A stretch of 64,000 nucleotides of DNA, from contig CAZUHH010000007.1 of the NCBI GenBank assembly GCA_964620755.1, forward strand, positions 8,225-72,224, written 5' to 3'. Position numbers and translations under genes: made by a program. The notes beneath the pieces are model-generated. The model had not been told where the DNA came from, did not search any database, and saw only the letters and a list, made by a program, of their open reading frames with translations. Of the stretch, positions 54,039 to 64,000 are shown piece by piece (within the stretch, counting starts at the first letter, position 1; the number at the start of each line of letters is the position of its first letter). The DNA is from an uncultured Bacteroides sp. Lineage in GTDB: Bacteria; Bacteroidota; Bacteroidia; G022818785.

Positions 54039-55127
54039 TTATGCAATTGATTGTATTAAAATATTAGCTATATTAATAGCAGCATTTCTAGTATATAATT
54101 TTTTAATATTATAACTTAATTTTCTTTGTTTATCATCATTATTGATTAAATGTATCAATACTTTTATTAAATCATTGTTAATGTTTTCATCTTTAACCAA
54201 TATAGCAGCATTATTATTCACTATTTCAATAGCATTATAATACTGATGATTATTTTTTACAAAAGAAGATGGTATTAAAATAACTGGTTTACCAACAAAA
54301 CACAATTCAGATATAGAGCCTGATCCTGCTCTTGATATAATAATATCGGATGCACTATAAGCAATATTGATGTCTTCTATAAAATTATAAACTCTAATAT
54401 TAGAAAATTTATAAGCCTTATTTATTAAATCTGAATTTCTATTAATACCTATTTGACAAATAATTTGAATATCTTTTTGATAAAAAAAATCTAAATTATT
54501 AAATATAAAATTATTTATAGGCTCTGCTCCTCCACTACCACCAATAAATAATAAGGTTGTTTTTTTTATACTAAAATTAAAGTAATAAATAGCTTCTTTT
54601 TTATTAATTAAATTAATAGCATGACATCTTATAGGATTGCCTAACAACATAACTTTATTTTTAAATTTAAAACTTAATAATTTTTTATATGATCCAAATA
54701 TAATTTTTGCATTATTAGATAATAATCTATTTGTTAATCCTGGTATAGCATTTGCTTCATATAAATATGTAGTAATGTTTTTTTTAAAAAAACCAGCCAC
54801 AAATAATATAGAAAAAGAAGAATATCCACCTAATCCTAATACAATATCTGGTTTATAATTAAATATTATAATAAAAGATTTTACAATACTTTTAAAAAAA
54901 TTAAATATAAATCTTAAAATAAACCATTTGCTAAACATAATTAATGGTAATCCTATAATATGATATCCATATTTAGGTAATATTTTCATTTCCGATTTAT
55001 CCTCTGAACCAACAAATATAATTTTTATAGATTTATCTATACTTTTTATAGCATCCGCTATAGCAATGCCTGGGAAAATATGCCCTCCAGTACCACCTGC
55101 ACTTATAATAATAACCTTTTTTCTCAT
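54039..55127 (-). CDS. murG: UDP-GlcNAc:lipid I N-acetylglucosaminyltransferase
   Basis: 362 aa; GT28 N-terminus ISAGGTGGHIFPGIAIA. Confidence 0.9.
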   Translation of the reverse strand: MRKKVIIISAGGTGGHIFPGIAIADAIKSIDKSIKIIFVGSEDKSEMKILPKYGYHIIGLPLIMFSKWFILRFIFNFFKSIVKSFIIIFNYKPDIVLGLGGYSSFSILFVAGFFKKNITTYLYEANAIPGLTNRLLSNNAKIIFGSYKKLLSFKFKNKVMLLGNPIRCHAINLINKKEAIYYFNFSIKKTTLLFIGGSGGAEPINNFIFNNLDFFYQKDIQIICQIGINRNSDLINKAYKFSNIRVYNFIEDINIAYSASDIIISRAGSGSISELCFVGKPVILIPSSFVKNNHQYYNAIEIVNNNAAILVKDENINNDLIKVLIHLINNDDKQRKLSYNIKKLYTRNAAINIANILIQSIA

Positions 55128-55141
55128 AAAAAATTATTTAA

Positions 55142-56266
55142 TCATTCATTAAATGTATTATGTTCATCATACCATTGAGCACTTATATTTAAGATAATTC
55201 CTAATTTAATACTATTAAATATAATTGATGTACCTCCCATACTGAGTAAAGGAAAAGCGACACCAGTTACTGGCAATAATCCTGTACTTATAGAAGAGCT
55301 TATTAAAGCTTGTATTATAATATTAAATCCTAATGCAGAAATTAAAATAGAACCAAAAATTGATTTAATTCCTAAAATTATTTTTATTATTCTATAAATT
55401 AATAAATAATATAATAATATTATAAATATTCCACCTATTAATAAACCATATTCTTCTATGATAATAGCGTAAATAAAATCATTATATGCTGATGGTAAAA
55501 AATATCTTTGTAAACTTTTACCTGGACCTTGTCCTAATAATCCTCCCATTGATATAGCAATATTAGATTGATTAATTTGATATTGATTATCATGAATAAC
55601 ATTATTTGAATATATAAATGCCTTAATACGTTTTTTATATACACCTCTTCTTGGAGATATAAAAAATAATGTTAAAACTAATAAAGAAAATATGCCTATA
55701 AATAATATAATATATTTATTTTTTATATCTCCTAATATTAAAATTATTAAACTGTTTAAGAACATTATTATAGAAGTTGATAAATTATATGGTGCTACTA
55801 AAATACACATTGTAATAATAACAGATAAAAAAAATATCATTCTATAAATATTATAATGATCGCTATTATGATATATAGTTATTTCAGTGGAAAGAAATAT
55901 TAACAAAGAAAATATAGCCATTTCAGATGTTTGAAATGTTTGATTTATTAGTGGTATATAAATCCATCTATATGCTTGATGTATACTTGTTCCAAATAAA
56001 AATGTATATAACAACATTATAATGGATAAGATTATTAATAAATTAGATATATAAAAATAAAACTGATATTTTATTAAATGAGTTATATATATAATAAATA
56101 AGCCTAACATTATAATGATAGTATGTTTTAATATATATAAAAATGATTTGTTAATGTCCAAAAATATAAATGAAATAGTAGTGCTATATACAATTAATAT
56201 AGAAAATAATAATAAAAATATACTAATAGACCATATATATTTATCTCCTTTGATAATTTTTAACAT
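55142..56266 (-). CDS. ftsW: cell division protein FtsW (SEDS family)
   Basis: 374 aa polytopic; SEDS C-terminal conserved region (GLLPVTGVAFPLLSMGGTS); position murD-ftsW-murG. Confidence 0.8.
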   Translation of the reverse strand: MLKIIKGDKYIWSISIFLLLFSILIVYSTTISFIFLDINKSFLYILKHTIIIMLGLFIIYITHLIKYQFYFYISNLLIILSIIMLLYTFLFGTSIHQAYRWIYIPLINQTFQTSEMAIFSLLIFLSTEITIYHNSDHYNIYRMIFFLSVIITMCILVAPYNLSTSIIMFLNSLIILILGDIKNKYIILFIGIFSLLVLTLFFISPRRGVYKKRIKAFIYSNNVIHDNQYQINQSNIAISMGGLLGQGPGKSLQRYFLPSAYNDFIYAIIIEEYGLLIGGIFIILLYYLLIYRIIKIILGIKSIFGSILISALGFNIIIQALISSSISTGLLPVTGVAFPLLSMGGTSIIFNSIKLGIILNISAQWYDEHNTFNE

Positions 56267-57653
56267 ATGAATTTATATATTTTTGAACATTTAATTTAAA
56301 ACAATTACCTCTATGTTTATAACTTTTAAATGAATTTAAACTCGAACATCCAGGAGATAATAAAACATTACATTTATTATAAGATATTGAAATAGCAATA
56401 CGAACAGCTTCTTTCATAGACATGACATTGATAATTTCACATATCTTAAAAAAATAATTATATATATTTTTATTTGGTTTAATACATATAATTTTTACGA
56501 CTTTGTTTATTATTAATTGTTTAATGATATTGTAATCATTACCTTTATCAATTCCTCCAGTTATCCATATTATAGGTTTATTAACACATTTTAATGCATG
56601 ATAAACACATGTAATATTAGTTGATTTAGAATCATTAATAAAAGTAATATTATTATATCTCATAAAATATTCAATTCTATGTTTAATAAACTCAATTTTA
56701 CTAAAACATTCAATTATAGTATTAATATCAATATTTAGTATATTGGATACTATTAAAGCAGACATATAGTTATATATATTATGTTCACCTTTTAATTTTA
56801 AATATTTTTTATCTATATATATATGTCTATTATTAATTATAGATACTATAATTTTATTTTTATAGTAAGCTCCTTTTAATATTTTATTTTTTATAGAAAA
56901 TGATAATTTATAAAAATTATCATTTCTACTGTTAATAATATTATTTATAATATTATCATGATTATATATTAGATAATTATTTGAAGAATGATTTTTTATA
57001 ATATTTAATTTAGCATTAATATATTGATTAATATTTGTATATCTATCCATATGGTCACTGCTTATATTAGTAATTATAGCAATGTATGTTTTAAAATTAT
57101 ATATATACTCCAATTGAAAACTACTTAATTCTAAAATATAATAATCATAATCATTTGAATTAGTAGTAGCAATTACTTTAGCAAAACTATTACCTATGTT
57201 ACCTGCTAAACATGTTTTATATCCAGCATATTGTAATAATTTATATATTAAAATAGAAGTTGTTGTTTTGCCATTAGTTCCAGTTATACCGATAATTTTT
57301 ATATTTTTTCTACAATTAAATGCAAACTCAATTTCAGAAATAATTTTTATATTTTTTTGTTTTATTGCTATAATAATATTTGACGTATTGCTAATACCAG
57401 GACTTTTAATTATTAAATCTGCACATAATATTTTATTCATATTATGATAATTCATTTCATATTTTACATTAAGTTTTTTTAAAATATTAAGATACTTAGA
57501 GGTAATAATATTTTTATCTGATAAAAATATATTTTTATAACCCATTTTATTAGCTAATAAAACACATCCAATACCACTTTCTCCTGATCCTAAAATTACA
57601 ATATAACTTTTTAAGTCAAAATTATATTGAGCATTAACATTGTTATTACACAT
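56241..57653 (-). CDS. murD: UDP-N-acetylmuramoylalanine--D-glutamate ligase
   Basis: 470 aa; N-terminal GSGESGIG and Mur ligase P-loop GITGTNGKTTT. Confidence 0.85.
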   Translation of the reverse strand: MCNNNVNAQYNFDLKSYIVILGSGESGIGCVLLANKMGYKNIFLSDKNIITSKYLNILKKLNVKYEMNYHNMNKILCADLIIKSPGISNTSNIIIAIKQKNIKIISEIEFAFNCRKNIKIIGITGTNGKTTTSILIYKLLQYAGYKTCLAGNIGNSFAKVIATTNSNDYDYYILELSSFQLEYIYNFKTYIAIITNISSDHMDRYTNINQYINAKLNIIKNHSSNNYLIYNHDNIINNIINSRNDNFYKLSFSIKNKILKGAYYKNKIIVSIINNRHIYIDKKYLKLKGEHNIYNYMSALIVSNILNIDINTIIECFSKIEFIKHRIEYFMRYNNITFINDSKSTNITCVYHALKCVNKPIIWITGGIDKGNDYNIIKQLIINKVVKIICIKPNKNIYNYFFKICEIINVMSMKEAVRIAISISYNKCNVLLSPGCSSLNSFKSYKHRGNCFKLNVQKYINSYVKNYQRR

Positions 57654-58852
57654 AATACTATAGATACAATTATAAATCTGACATTAATTTTTGATTCATG
57701 CATTCCATTAATTTGATAATGATGATGTAATGGTGACATTTTAAATACTTTTAAACCTTTACCATATTTATTTTTAGTATATTTAAAATATGAAACCTGT
57801 AATATTACAGAAATATTTTCAATCAAAAATATTCCACATAATATAGGTATCAATAATTCCTTTTTGATAATAATTGCAAAAACAGCAATAATTCCTCCTA
57901 AAGCCATACTACCTGTATCACCCATAAATACCGTTGCTGGATATGTATTATACCATAAAAACCCTATACATGATCCTATAAGTGCACTTAAATATATTAA
58001 CAACTCTCTAATATGTGGAATGTAAAAAATATTAAAATATTTAGAAATAATGATATCCTCCGACATATATGTTATAATACCTAATGTAAAACATATGATA
58101 ATAGTTATGTTAATTAACATTCCATCAATACCATCTGTTAAATTAGCACCATTAACAGTAGATATTATAATAAAAACATTAATAATTATAAAAATGATAA
58201 ATGTTATCATATTATTTTGTTCATCAAATCCTAATAAAATATTTATATAATTATAATAAAAGGTATTTTTAGAACAAAATGGTATGTTAGTTGCAATATA
58301 TTTTAAATCTTTATATATAACATTTGTTTCTTCTAAAATGATATCATTATATATTTTATAATGTTGTGACAAATTACTAAACTCTCTTATTAGTATATTG
58401 TTATTATAGTATATTACTAATCCAATTATTATGCTAATAATTAGTTGAAAAATAATTTTAGATCTAACAGATAACCCATTATGTTTAATTTTTAAGTAAT
58501 CATCTATAAATCCTATAATACCAAATGATAAAGTTGTAAAAATCATTAATATAATATATATATTGTCTAATTTAGCAAACATAATCAATGTTATTATTAA
58601 GCTAATAATAATAACAATACCTCCCATTATTGGTATATATTTTTTATTATTAAAATTATTTATTTTTAATATTTGTTTTTTAGAAATAAAAAAATATTTA
58701 TTAGCATATTTTATAAAAAAATTACCACATATTATTGCTATTAATAAAGATGTAATAAAAGTTATTCCAATTCTAATTATTAGATTGTTTAATATTTCTA
58801 ACAAAAAATTAGGCAGTTTATTTTTATAAAATAACAATAAATGATAAATCAT
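57611..58852 (-). CDS. mraY: phospho-N-acetylmuramoyl-pentapeptide transferase
   Basis: 413 aa polytopic; conserved MraY blocks (NLTDGIDGM, FMGDTGSMALGG, SPLHHH). Confidence 0.9.
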   Translation of the reverse strand: MIYHLLLFYKNKLPNFLLEILNNLIIRIGITFITSLLIAIICGNFFIKYANKYFFISKKQILKINNFNNKKYIPIMGGIVIIISLIITLIMFAKLDNIYIILMIFTTLSFGIIGFIDDYLKIKHNGLSVRSKIIFQLIISIIIGLVIYYNNNILIREFSNLSQHYKIYNDIILEETNVIYKDLKYIATNIPFCSKNTFYYNYINILLGFDEQNNMITFIIFIIINVFIIISTVNGANLTDGIDGMLINITIIICFTLGIITYMSEDIIISKYFNIFYIPHIRELLIYLSALIGSCIGFLWYNTYPATVFMGDTGSMALGGIIAVFAIIIKKELLIPILCGIFLIENISVILQVSYFKYTKNKYGKGLKVFKMSPLHHHYQINGMHESKINVRFIIVSIVLCVITMLMLNIILT

Positions 58853-58863
58853 ATTCAGATATA

Positions 58864-60339
58864 TTAGTTATTATATTTTTTAATACATTGTATTAAAATA
58901 TCATATTCACAAAAAAAATATTTAATACCATTAATTAATTGATATTTTTCATGACCTTTACCTAATAATAATACTATGTCATTTGGTTTTGATATTAAAA
59001 ATGCTTTTATTATTGCTTGTTTTCTATCAACTATTTCAATAATTTTTTTTAAATCTGTAATATTAATATTTTTTTTCATATCATGTATTATATCAATAGG
59101 ATCTTCATTATTAGGATTATCAGAAGTTAAAATAGATATATGGCTTAATTTATTTACAATAGTACCTATTGAATATCTTTTATCAATATATTTATTACCT
59201 CCACATCCTATTACAGTAATAATTTTAGAGTTTTTATTTAAAAAACTTCTTGTTGTTAATAAAATTTTGCAAACTGCATCAGGAGTATGAGCATAGTCTA
59301 TAATAAAAGTAGTTTTATTATGAATTATCATTTCATAACGACCTTTAACTCTTTTTAATAAACTAATATGCTTTAAAATATCAATTTTATTAAAACCTAA
59401 TATTATTGCAACACTATATACAGACAATATATTATATACATTATATAATCCTGTTAGTTGAACCCATAATTCAATATTATTTATTGATATTAACATACCA
59501 AAAATATTTATTTCAATTATTTTACTATAAAAATCTTTAATATTGTTAATGCCATATTTGAATTTTTTTGCTTGAGTGTTTTGTAACATAATATCAGAAT
59601 TTTTATCATCTGAATTTACTAATGCAAATGAATTTTTATTTAACTGATCAAAAAAAGTTTTTTTAGCCTTTATATAATTATAAAAAGAACCATGATAATC
59701 TAAATGTTCTTTAGTTATATTTGTAAAAACACCTCCTGTAAATTTAATACCAGCAACTCTATTTTGATATATTGCATGTGAACTGACTTCCATGAAAATA
59801 TATTTACACTTATTCAAATACATGTCAAAAATTAATTTATTAATCTCTATAGAATTTGGCGTAGTATTATTAGTGCTCAAAAATGTATTGTTATAAATAT
59901 TGCCAATAGTAGAAATTAATCCACATTTCAATCCTAAAGAAGTAAATAAATCATATAATAATTTAGCACATGTAGTTTTTCCATTAGTTCCAGTTATGCC
60001 TACAATATAAATTTTATTAGATAAATGCCCATAAAACGCATGTGCAATAAATCCCATAGCTAATGAACTATTTTTAACTTTTATATATGTTATATTGGGA
60101 TTATAAGTCATATTATTGCAATTTTCTAATATAATAACTTTTGCTCCAAATTGTATAGCTTCATTAATATATATATTTCCACATTTATTAAATCCATTTA
60201 TAGATACAAAAATATAATTCTCTTTTATATCTTTAGAAAAACATGATATTCCATTAATATCAATATTAATATCTCCAGTAATTGAAATAATTTCAATATT
60301 TAATAATATTTCTTTTAAAGTTTTTTTAAAATTGTGCAT
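58864..60339 (-). CDS. murE: UDP-N-acetylmuramoyl-tripeptide synthetase
   Basis: 491 aa; Mur ligase P-loop GITGTNGKTT, DNPN motif (SDNPNNEDP). Confidence 0.9.
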   Translation of the reverse strand: MHNFKKTLKEILLNIEIISITGDINIDINGISCFSKDIKENYIFVSINGFNKCGNIYINEAIQFGAKVIILENCNNMTYNPNITYIKVKNSSLAMGFIAHAFYGHLSNKIYIVGITGTNGKTTCAKLLYDLFTSLGLKCGLISTIGNIYNNTFLSTNNTTPNSIEINKLIFDMYLNKCKYIFMEVSSHAIYQNRVAGIKFTGGVFTNITKEHLDYHGSFYNYIKAKKTFFDQLNKNSFALVNSDDKNSDIMLQNTQAKKFKYGINNIKDFYSKIIEINIFGMLISINNIELWVQLTGLYNVYNILSVYSVAIILGFNKIDILKHISLLKRVKGRYEMIIHNKTTFIIDYAHTPDAVCKILLTTRSFLNKNSKIITVIGCGGNKYIDKRYSIGTIVNKLSHISILTSDNPNNEDPIDIIHDMKKNINITDLKKIIEIVDRKQAIIKAFLISKPNDIVLLLGKGHEKYQLINGIKYFFCEYDILIQCIKKYNN

Positions 60340-60351
60340 TAAATAAATATT

Positions 60352-62181
60352 TTATTTTTTTTTATATAAAAATTTATGATCAATATTATCTATATCGGGG
60401 TAATATTTAGAATTTTGCAATAATATTTTATTTATAATATCTTTTACAATTGGAAGTATTACATCTGAAGCGTAATATTTGCCATTTTTAGGATTGCTAA
60501 TTACAGCTATTATAGAATAATCTGGATTTTCATAGGGAAAATATCCACAAAATGAAGATCTATATTCCTTTTTAATATTTTTATAGCCATATTGCTTATT
60601 AAATATTATAGTAGTCCCAGTTTTACCTGCTACATTACAATAAACAGATTTCAAATATTGTCCAGTTCCTTGTTCTATAACATGCCTAAGCAATAATTGT
60701 GCATTTTTAATAGTGTTAAAAGTAGACATTGTTTCATTAATGATAGTTTTATGTATCGATTTGATAATACCATCATCATTTTTAATAGCGGTTACAAAAA
60801 TAGGTTTTAGCATACATCCATTATTAGCAATTCCATTATAAAAAGTTAATATTTGTAATGGTGTCAATGAAATACCATATCCATATGACATACAAGGTAA
60901 TGATAAATTAGACCAATATTTATGTTTAGGATTAGAAATAAAAATTTTACCAGAACCTGGTATACTGATATCTTCCATTTTTTTATTCAATCCAAAATCA
61001 TATAATTTATTTACAAATGATTGTGGATTGTCATGATAATGATCAAAAATTATTTTAGCAATTGATACATTAGATGATTTTGCAAAAGCATTTATTAAAG
61101 TATTATCATTATTTGCCATATAGGATGAATTAGTAATTATTTTATCATATATTTTAAGTTGATTGCTATTATCTATAATAGTGGAAATATTAAATTTATT
61201 GTCTTCAAAACCTACCATGACAGAAGGTAATTTAAATAAAGATCCTGGTTCACAACTAAATCCTATAGCATAATTATATTGTTCTTTATATAAAGAATTA
61301 TTAGTAGTATCTTTACTGAGATTTACCATTGCTCTTATAAATCCTGTTTGTACTTCCATTAGTATAATTGTACCCCAATCTGCATCATGTTTTAATAATT
61401 GTTTTAATAATATTTGATGAATTATATCTTGCAAATTAATATTAATAGATGATATTATATCATTACCTTTTGGTATATCAGTAAATATTTTACCAACATA
61501 TGAGTTGTTGATAGGTATTAAAATATTATTTGATATACGACGTATCAATACTTTTATAGAATTACCTTTTAGATAATCATTATATCCTCCTTCAATTCCA
61601 ACAGGCTTTAATTTAATTGTATAATATCCTAAAATTCGTTTAGCTAAATTACTAAACAAATAAATTCTATTATCATTATTTTCTATAATAATTAATCCAT
61701 TTTTTAATTTAATTGATTTTAAAATAGAAAAATTTAACATTTGTTTAAGATCACTATACATTATATTTCTTTTTAATAAAAAAAATCTATTTCCATTTTC
61801 ATATGCTTTAATTAATTTTTTTTTATAATATATATTTGAATTATCATTAAATAAATTACTAATATCAAAAGATAATTTATCTACATTACTATAGAATACT
61901 TCACTATTAAAACTTTTTGTTTTCATATCTATTCTTAAATCATACGTTGGCATAGAGCATACTAAAAGAGATCCTTCTTGAGAATATATAGCTCCCCTTT
62001 CAGAATTCATAATTACATATTTCATATTAAGATTATTCGATATTGATTGCCAATAATATCCTTTGATATACTGAATATTAATTACTTTTATTATTATAAA
62101 AATACCATATATTGATAATATTGCATATAATAAAAAAATTTTTGTTATAAAATTTTTTTTTAAAAAACTCATAAAAAACAA
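60352..62181 (-). CDS. ftsI: penicillin-binding protein 3 (FtsI, divisome transpeptidase)
   Basis: 609 aa; N-terminal TM, transpeptidase motifs SxxK (GSLFKLP), SxN, KTGT (AGKTGTT); canonical dcw position. Confidence 0.85.
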   Translation of the reverse strand: MFFMSFLKKNFITKIFLLYAILSIYGIFIIIKVINIQYIKGYYWQSISNNLNMKYVIMNSERGAIYSQEGSLLVCSMPTYDLRIDMKTKSFNSEVFYSNVDKLSFDISNLFNDNSNIYYKKKLIKAYENGNRFFLLKRNIMYSDLKQMLNFSILKSIKLKNGLIIIENNDNRIYLFSNLAKRILGYYTIKLKPVGIEGGYNDYLKGNSIKVLIRRISNNILIPINNSYVGKIFTDIPKGNDIISSININLQDIIHQILLKQLLKHDADWGTIILMEVQTGFIRAMVNLSKDTTNNSLYKEQYNYAIGFSCEPGSLFKLPSVMVGFEDNKFNISTIIDNSNQLKIYDKIITNSSYMANNDNTLINAFAKSSNVSIAKIIFDHYHDNPQSFVNKLYDFGLNKKMEDISIPGSGKIFISNPKHKYWSNLSLPCMSYGYGISLTPLQILTFYNGIANNGCMLKPIFVTAIKNDDGIIKSIHKTIINETMSTFNTIKNAQLLLRHVIEQGTGQYLKSVYCNVAGKTGTTIIFNKQYGYKNIKKEYRSSFCGYFPYENPDYSIIAVISNPKNGKYYASDVILPIVKDIINKILLQNSKYYPDIDNIDHKFLYKKK

Positions 62182-62185
62182 TATC

Positions 62186-62512
62186 TTAATAAGATTTTTT
62201 TATCATATTTATATAATTGATATCATTTTTTTTAATCAATACCTTAAATGGTAATTTATCGCCATATTTCATATTTAAATTATTAAATGCTTTTTCAGAT
62301 ATTACACTTTGTTTTATTAAATTCATATAATTAGAATTATATAATATATATTCACATTTTAATTCTATAATTTCTTTACGAAGATTATTAATTTTAACTA
62401 TCAAAGATTCAGATAGTTGAACATTAACAATAATAATAAAACTTAACAATAATAAAAATACTGCAAATATTAATATTCTATTTATAGAAAATAAGCTATT
62501 TTGCTTATGCAT
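62186..62512 (-). CDS. ftsL: FtsL-like cell division membrane protein
   Basis: 108 aa, single N-terminal TM then coiled coil; sits between rsmH and ftsI. Confidence 0.5.
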   Translation of the reverse strand: MHKQNSLFSINRILIFAVFLLLLSFIIIVNVQLSESLIVKINNLRKEIIELKCEYILYNSNYMNLIKQSVISEKAFNNLNMKYGDKLPFKVLIKKNDINYINMIKKSY

Positions 62513-62516
62513 AATT

Positions 62517-63428
62517 TTATAATTTTTCTACAATTCTTAATTTAGCGCTTCTAGCTCTACTATTCATTTTAATTTCATTATTATTAGGAGTAATAGGCTT
62601 ACTATTAATCATTTTAAACGGAGATTTATTAATTATATTGCCATATATATCTTTATATAAAATACCTTTAAAATTACCATATTTAGTATAATTTTTAACT
62701 ATTCTATCTTCAATAGAATGATAAGATATAATAACTAATCTGCCGCCTTTTTTTAGTAATTTTTCACATCCTATAATTAATGATTTTAAAGCATTTATTT
62801 CATCATTAACTTCAATTCTTAATGATTGAAATAATTTTGCTAAATATTTATTTTTGTTTCCTTTAATCGCATATTGTATTATATTAATAAAATCATATAC
62901 ATATTTTATAAATTTTTTTCTCCTAGCTAAAATAATAATATTAGCTAATGTTTTAGAATTACGTATTTCTCCATACTTACTAAATACTTTTACTAAATTA
63001 TTATAACTATAAGTATTAATTATTGTATATGCTTTTTTAAAACTTCTTTTATCCATTCTCATATCTAAAACAGCATCATATTTCATAGAAAATCCTCGTG
63101 ATTTACTATTTAATTGATGTGAAGACATTCCTAAATCAGCTATTAATCCATCTATATATTTAATATTTAAAGATTTACAATAAGAATTAATATGTTTAAA
63201 ATTATATGGAATTAATTTAACATGTGATTTATTTGGTAAATTATTAAATGATTCTTGATCATGGTCAAAAACAATTAATTGACCATGAAGCAACTTGTCT
63301 AATATACAATTAGAATGTCCACCTCCACCTAAGGTAGCATCTATATATATACCATTGATGTTTATATTAAGACCTTCTATGCTTTCATTTAACATGACTG
63401 GTTTATGGTATATATTATTAAAATTCAT
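62517..63428 (-). CDS. rsmH: 16S rRNA (cytosine1402-N4)-methyltransferase
   Basis: MraW motifs YIDATLGGGGHS and DLGMSSHQL; likely start at the internal Met (MNFNNIYHKPVML), while the track ORF extends to 63485. Confidence 0.9.
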   Translation of the reverse strand: MNFNNIYHKPVMLNESIEGLNININGIYIDATLGGGGHSNCILDKLLHGQLIVFDHDQESFNNLPNKSHVKLIPYNFKHINSYCKSLNIKYIDGLIADLGMSSHQLNSKSRGFSMKYDAVLDMRMDKRSFKKAYTIINTYSYNNLVKVFSKYGEIRNSKTLANIIILARRKKFIKYVYDFINIIQYAIKGNKNKYLAKLFQSLRIEVNDEINALKSLIIGCEKLLKKGGRLVIISYHSIEDRIVKNYTKYGNFKGILYKDIYGNIINKSPFKMINSKPITPNNNEIKMNSRARSAKLRIVEKL

Positions 63429-63517
63429 AACATGTTTTATTAATATTAAAAAATATAAACATTTTGTTAAAAATATTACATACAATTATATTAAATAAAT
63501 TAATAAATATTAATCAT

Positions 63518-64000
63518 ATGAATATTAAATCAGTAAAATTTATTAATAGTAATTATAATATTAATTATTTACCACAAGATAATAAACCTGAATATGCAAT
63601 TATGGGTAGATCTAATGTAGGAAAATCATCATTAATTAATATGATTACAAATAATAAAAATGTTGCTAAAATATCTAAAATACCAGGTAAAACTAAACTT
63701 ATAAATTATTTTATAATTAATAATACATATTACTTAGTAGATTTTCCTGGATATGGATATGCTCAAACTTCAAAAAGCAAAAGAAATCATTGGGAACATA
63801 TAAGTAAAAAATATATTAATTCAAGAAATAATTTGAAATCTATTATTTTACTTTTAGATATAAGAATAAAACCATTGAATATAGATATTGAATATATAAA
63901 TTTTTTGATTTATACAAAAAAACCATTTATAATTGTATTTACAAAAATAGACAAAATATCCAAATATAATATAAATTTTAATGTAAATTTGTATATACAA
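63518..64000 (+). CDS. engB: ribosome-biogenesis GTPase EngB/YsxC (3'-truncated by window end; not in the ORF track)
   Basis: Manual translation from ATG 63518: MNIKSVKF...EYAIMGRSNVGKSSLINMITN...KISKIPGKTKLINYF...YLVDFPGYGYA; G1 P-loop GRSNVGKSS and G3 DFPGYG typical of EngB; open to the end of the window. Confidence 0.8.
   Translation, partial: MNIKSVKFINSNYNINYLPQDNKPEYAIMGRSNVGKSSLINMITNNKNVAKISKIPGKTKLINYFIINNTYYLVDFPGYGYAQTSKSKRNHWEHISKKYINSRNNLKSIILLLDIRIKPLNIDIEYINFLIYTKKPFIIVFTKIDKISKYNINFNVNLYIQ

Noticed and set aside
1-64000. CRISPR arrays, IS elements, prophage remnants, toxin-antitoxin or restriction-modification loci
   Set aside because: There are no direct-repeat/spacer arrays, transposase- or integrase-like ORFs, or inverted terminal repeats. 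All ORFs of at least 60 aa are accounted for by housekeeping functions, and intergenic space is minimal. The window looks like core, vertically inherited symbiont genome.

Overview
The window is 64 kb of very AT-rich, gene-dense DNA with short or overlapping gene junctions and no mobile elements, CRISPR arrays or rRNA. Its content and gene order fit a reduced Bacteroidetes/Flavobacteriia insect-endosymbiont genome, most consistent with Blattabacterium; that identification is inference.

The main blocks are:
- The classic tRNA-Thr/Tyr/Gly/Thr-tuf-tRNA-Trp-secE-nusG-rplKAJL-rpoB-rpoC block on the minus strand.
- A complete dcw cluster, rsmH-ftsL-ftsI-murE-mraY-murD-ftsW-murG-murC-ftsQ-ftsA-ftsZ, on the minus strand, with no mraZ, murF or ddl.
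- The elongasome: mrdA-rodA and mreBCD.
- Two radical-SAM methylthiotransferases (miaB and mtaB-like), a receiver-less sigma-54 activator, glnS/gltX/glyQS, and gdhA/argH.
- A CcmB/CcmC/CcmD-like module.
- Seven tRNAs, none encoding a 3' CCA.

I found no evidence of a novel defence or mobile system. The observations most worth a second look are:
- a FabH whose catalytic Cys is replaced by Ser;
- an SDR/epimerase-like gene with ablated cofactor and catalytic motifs;
- an unannotated 54-aa CcmD-like ORF;
- a sigma-54 activator with a variant GAFTGA loop;
- an orphan nuoC;
- slippage-prone homopolymer and dinucleotide tracts inside genes.
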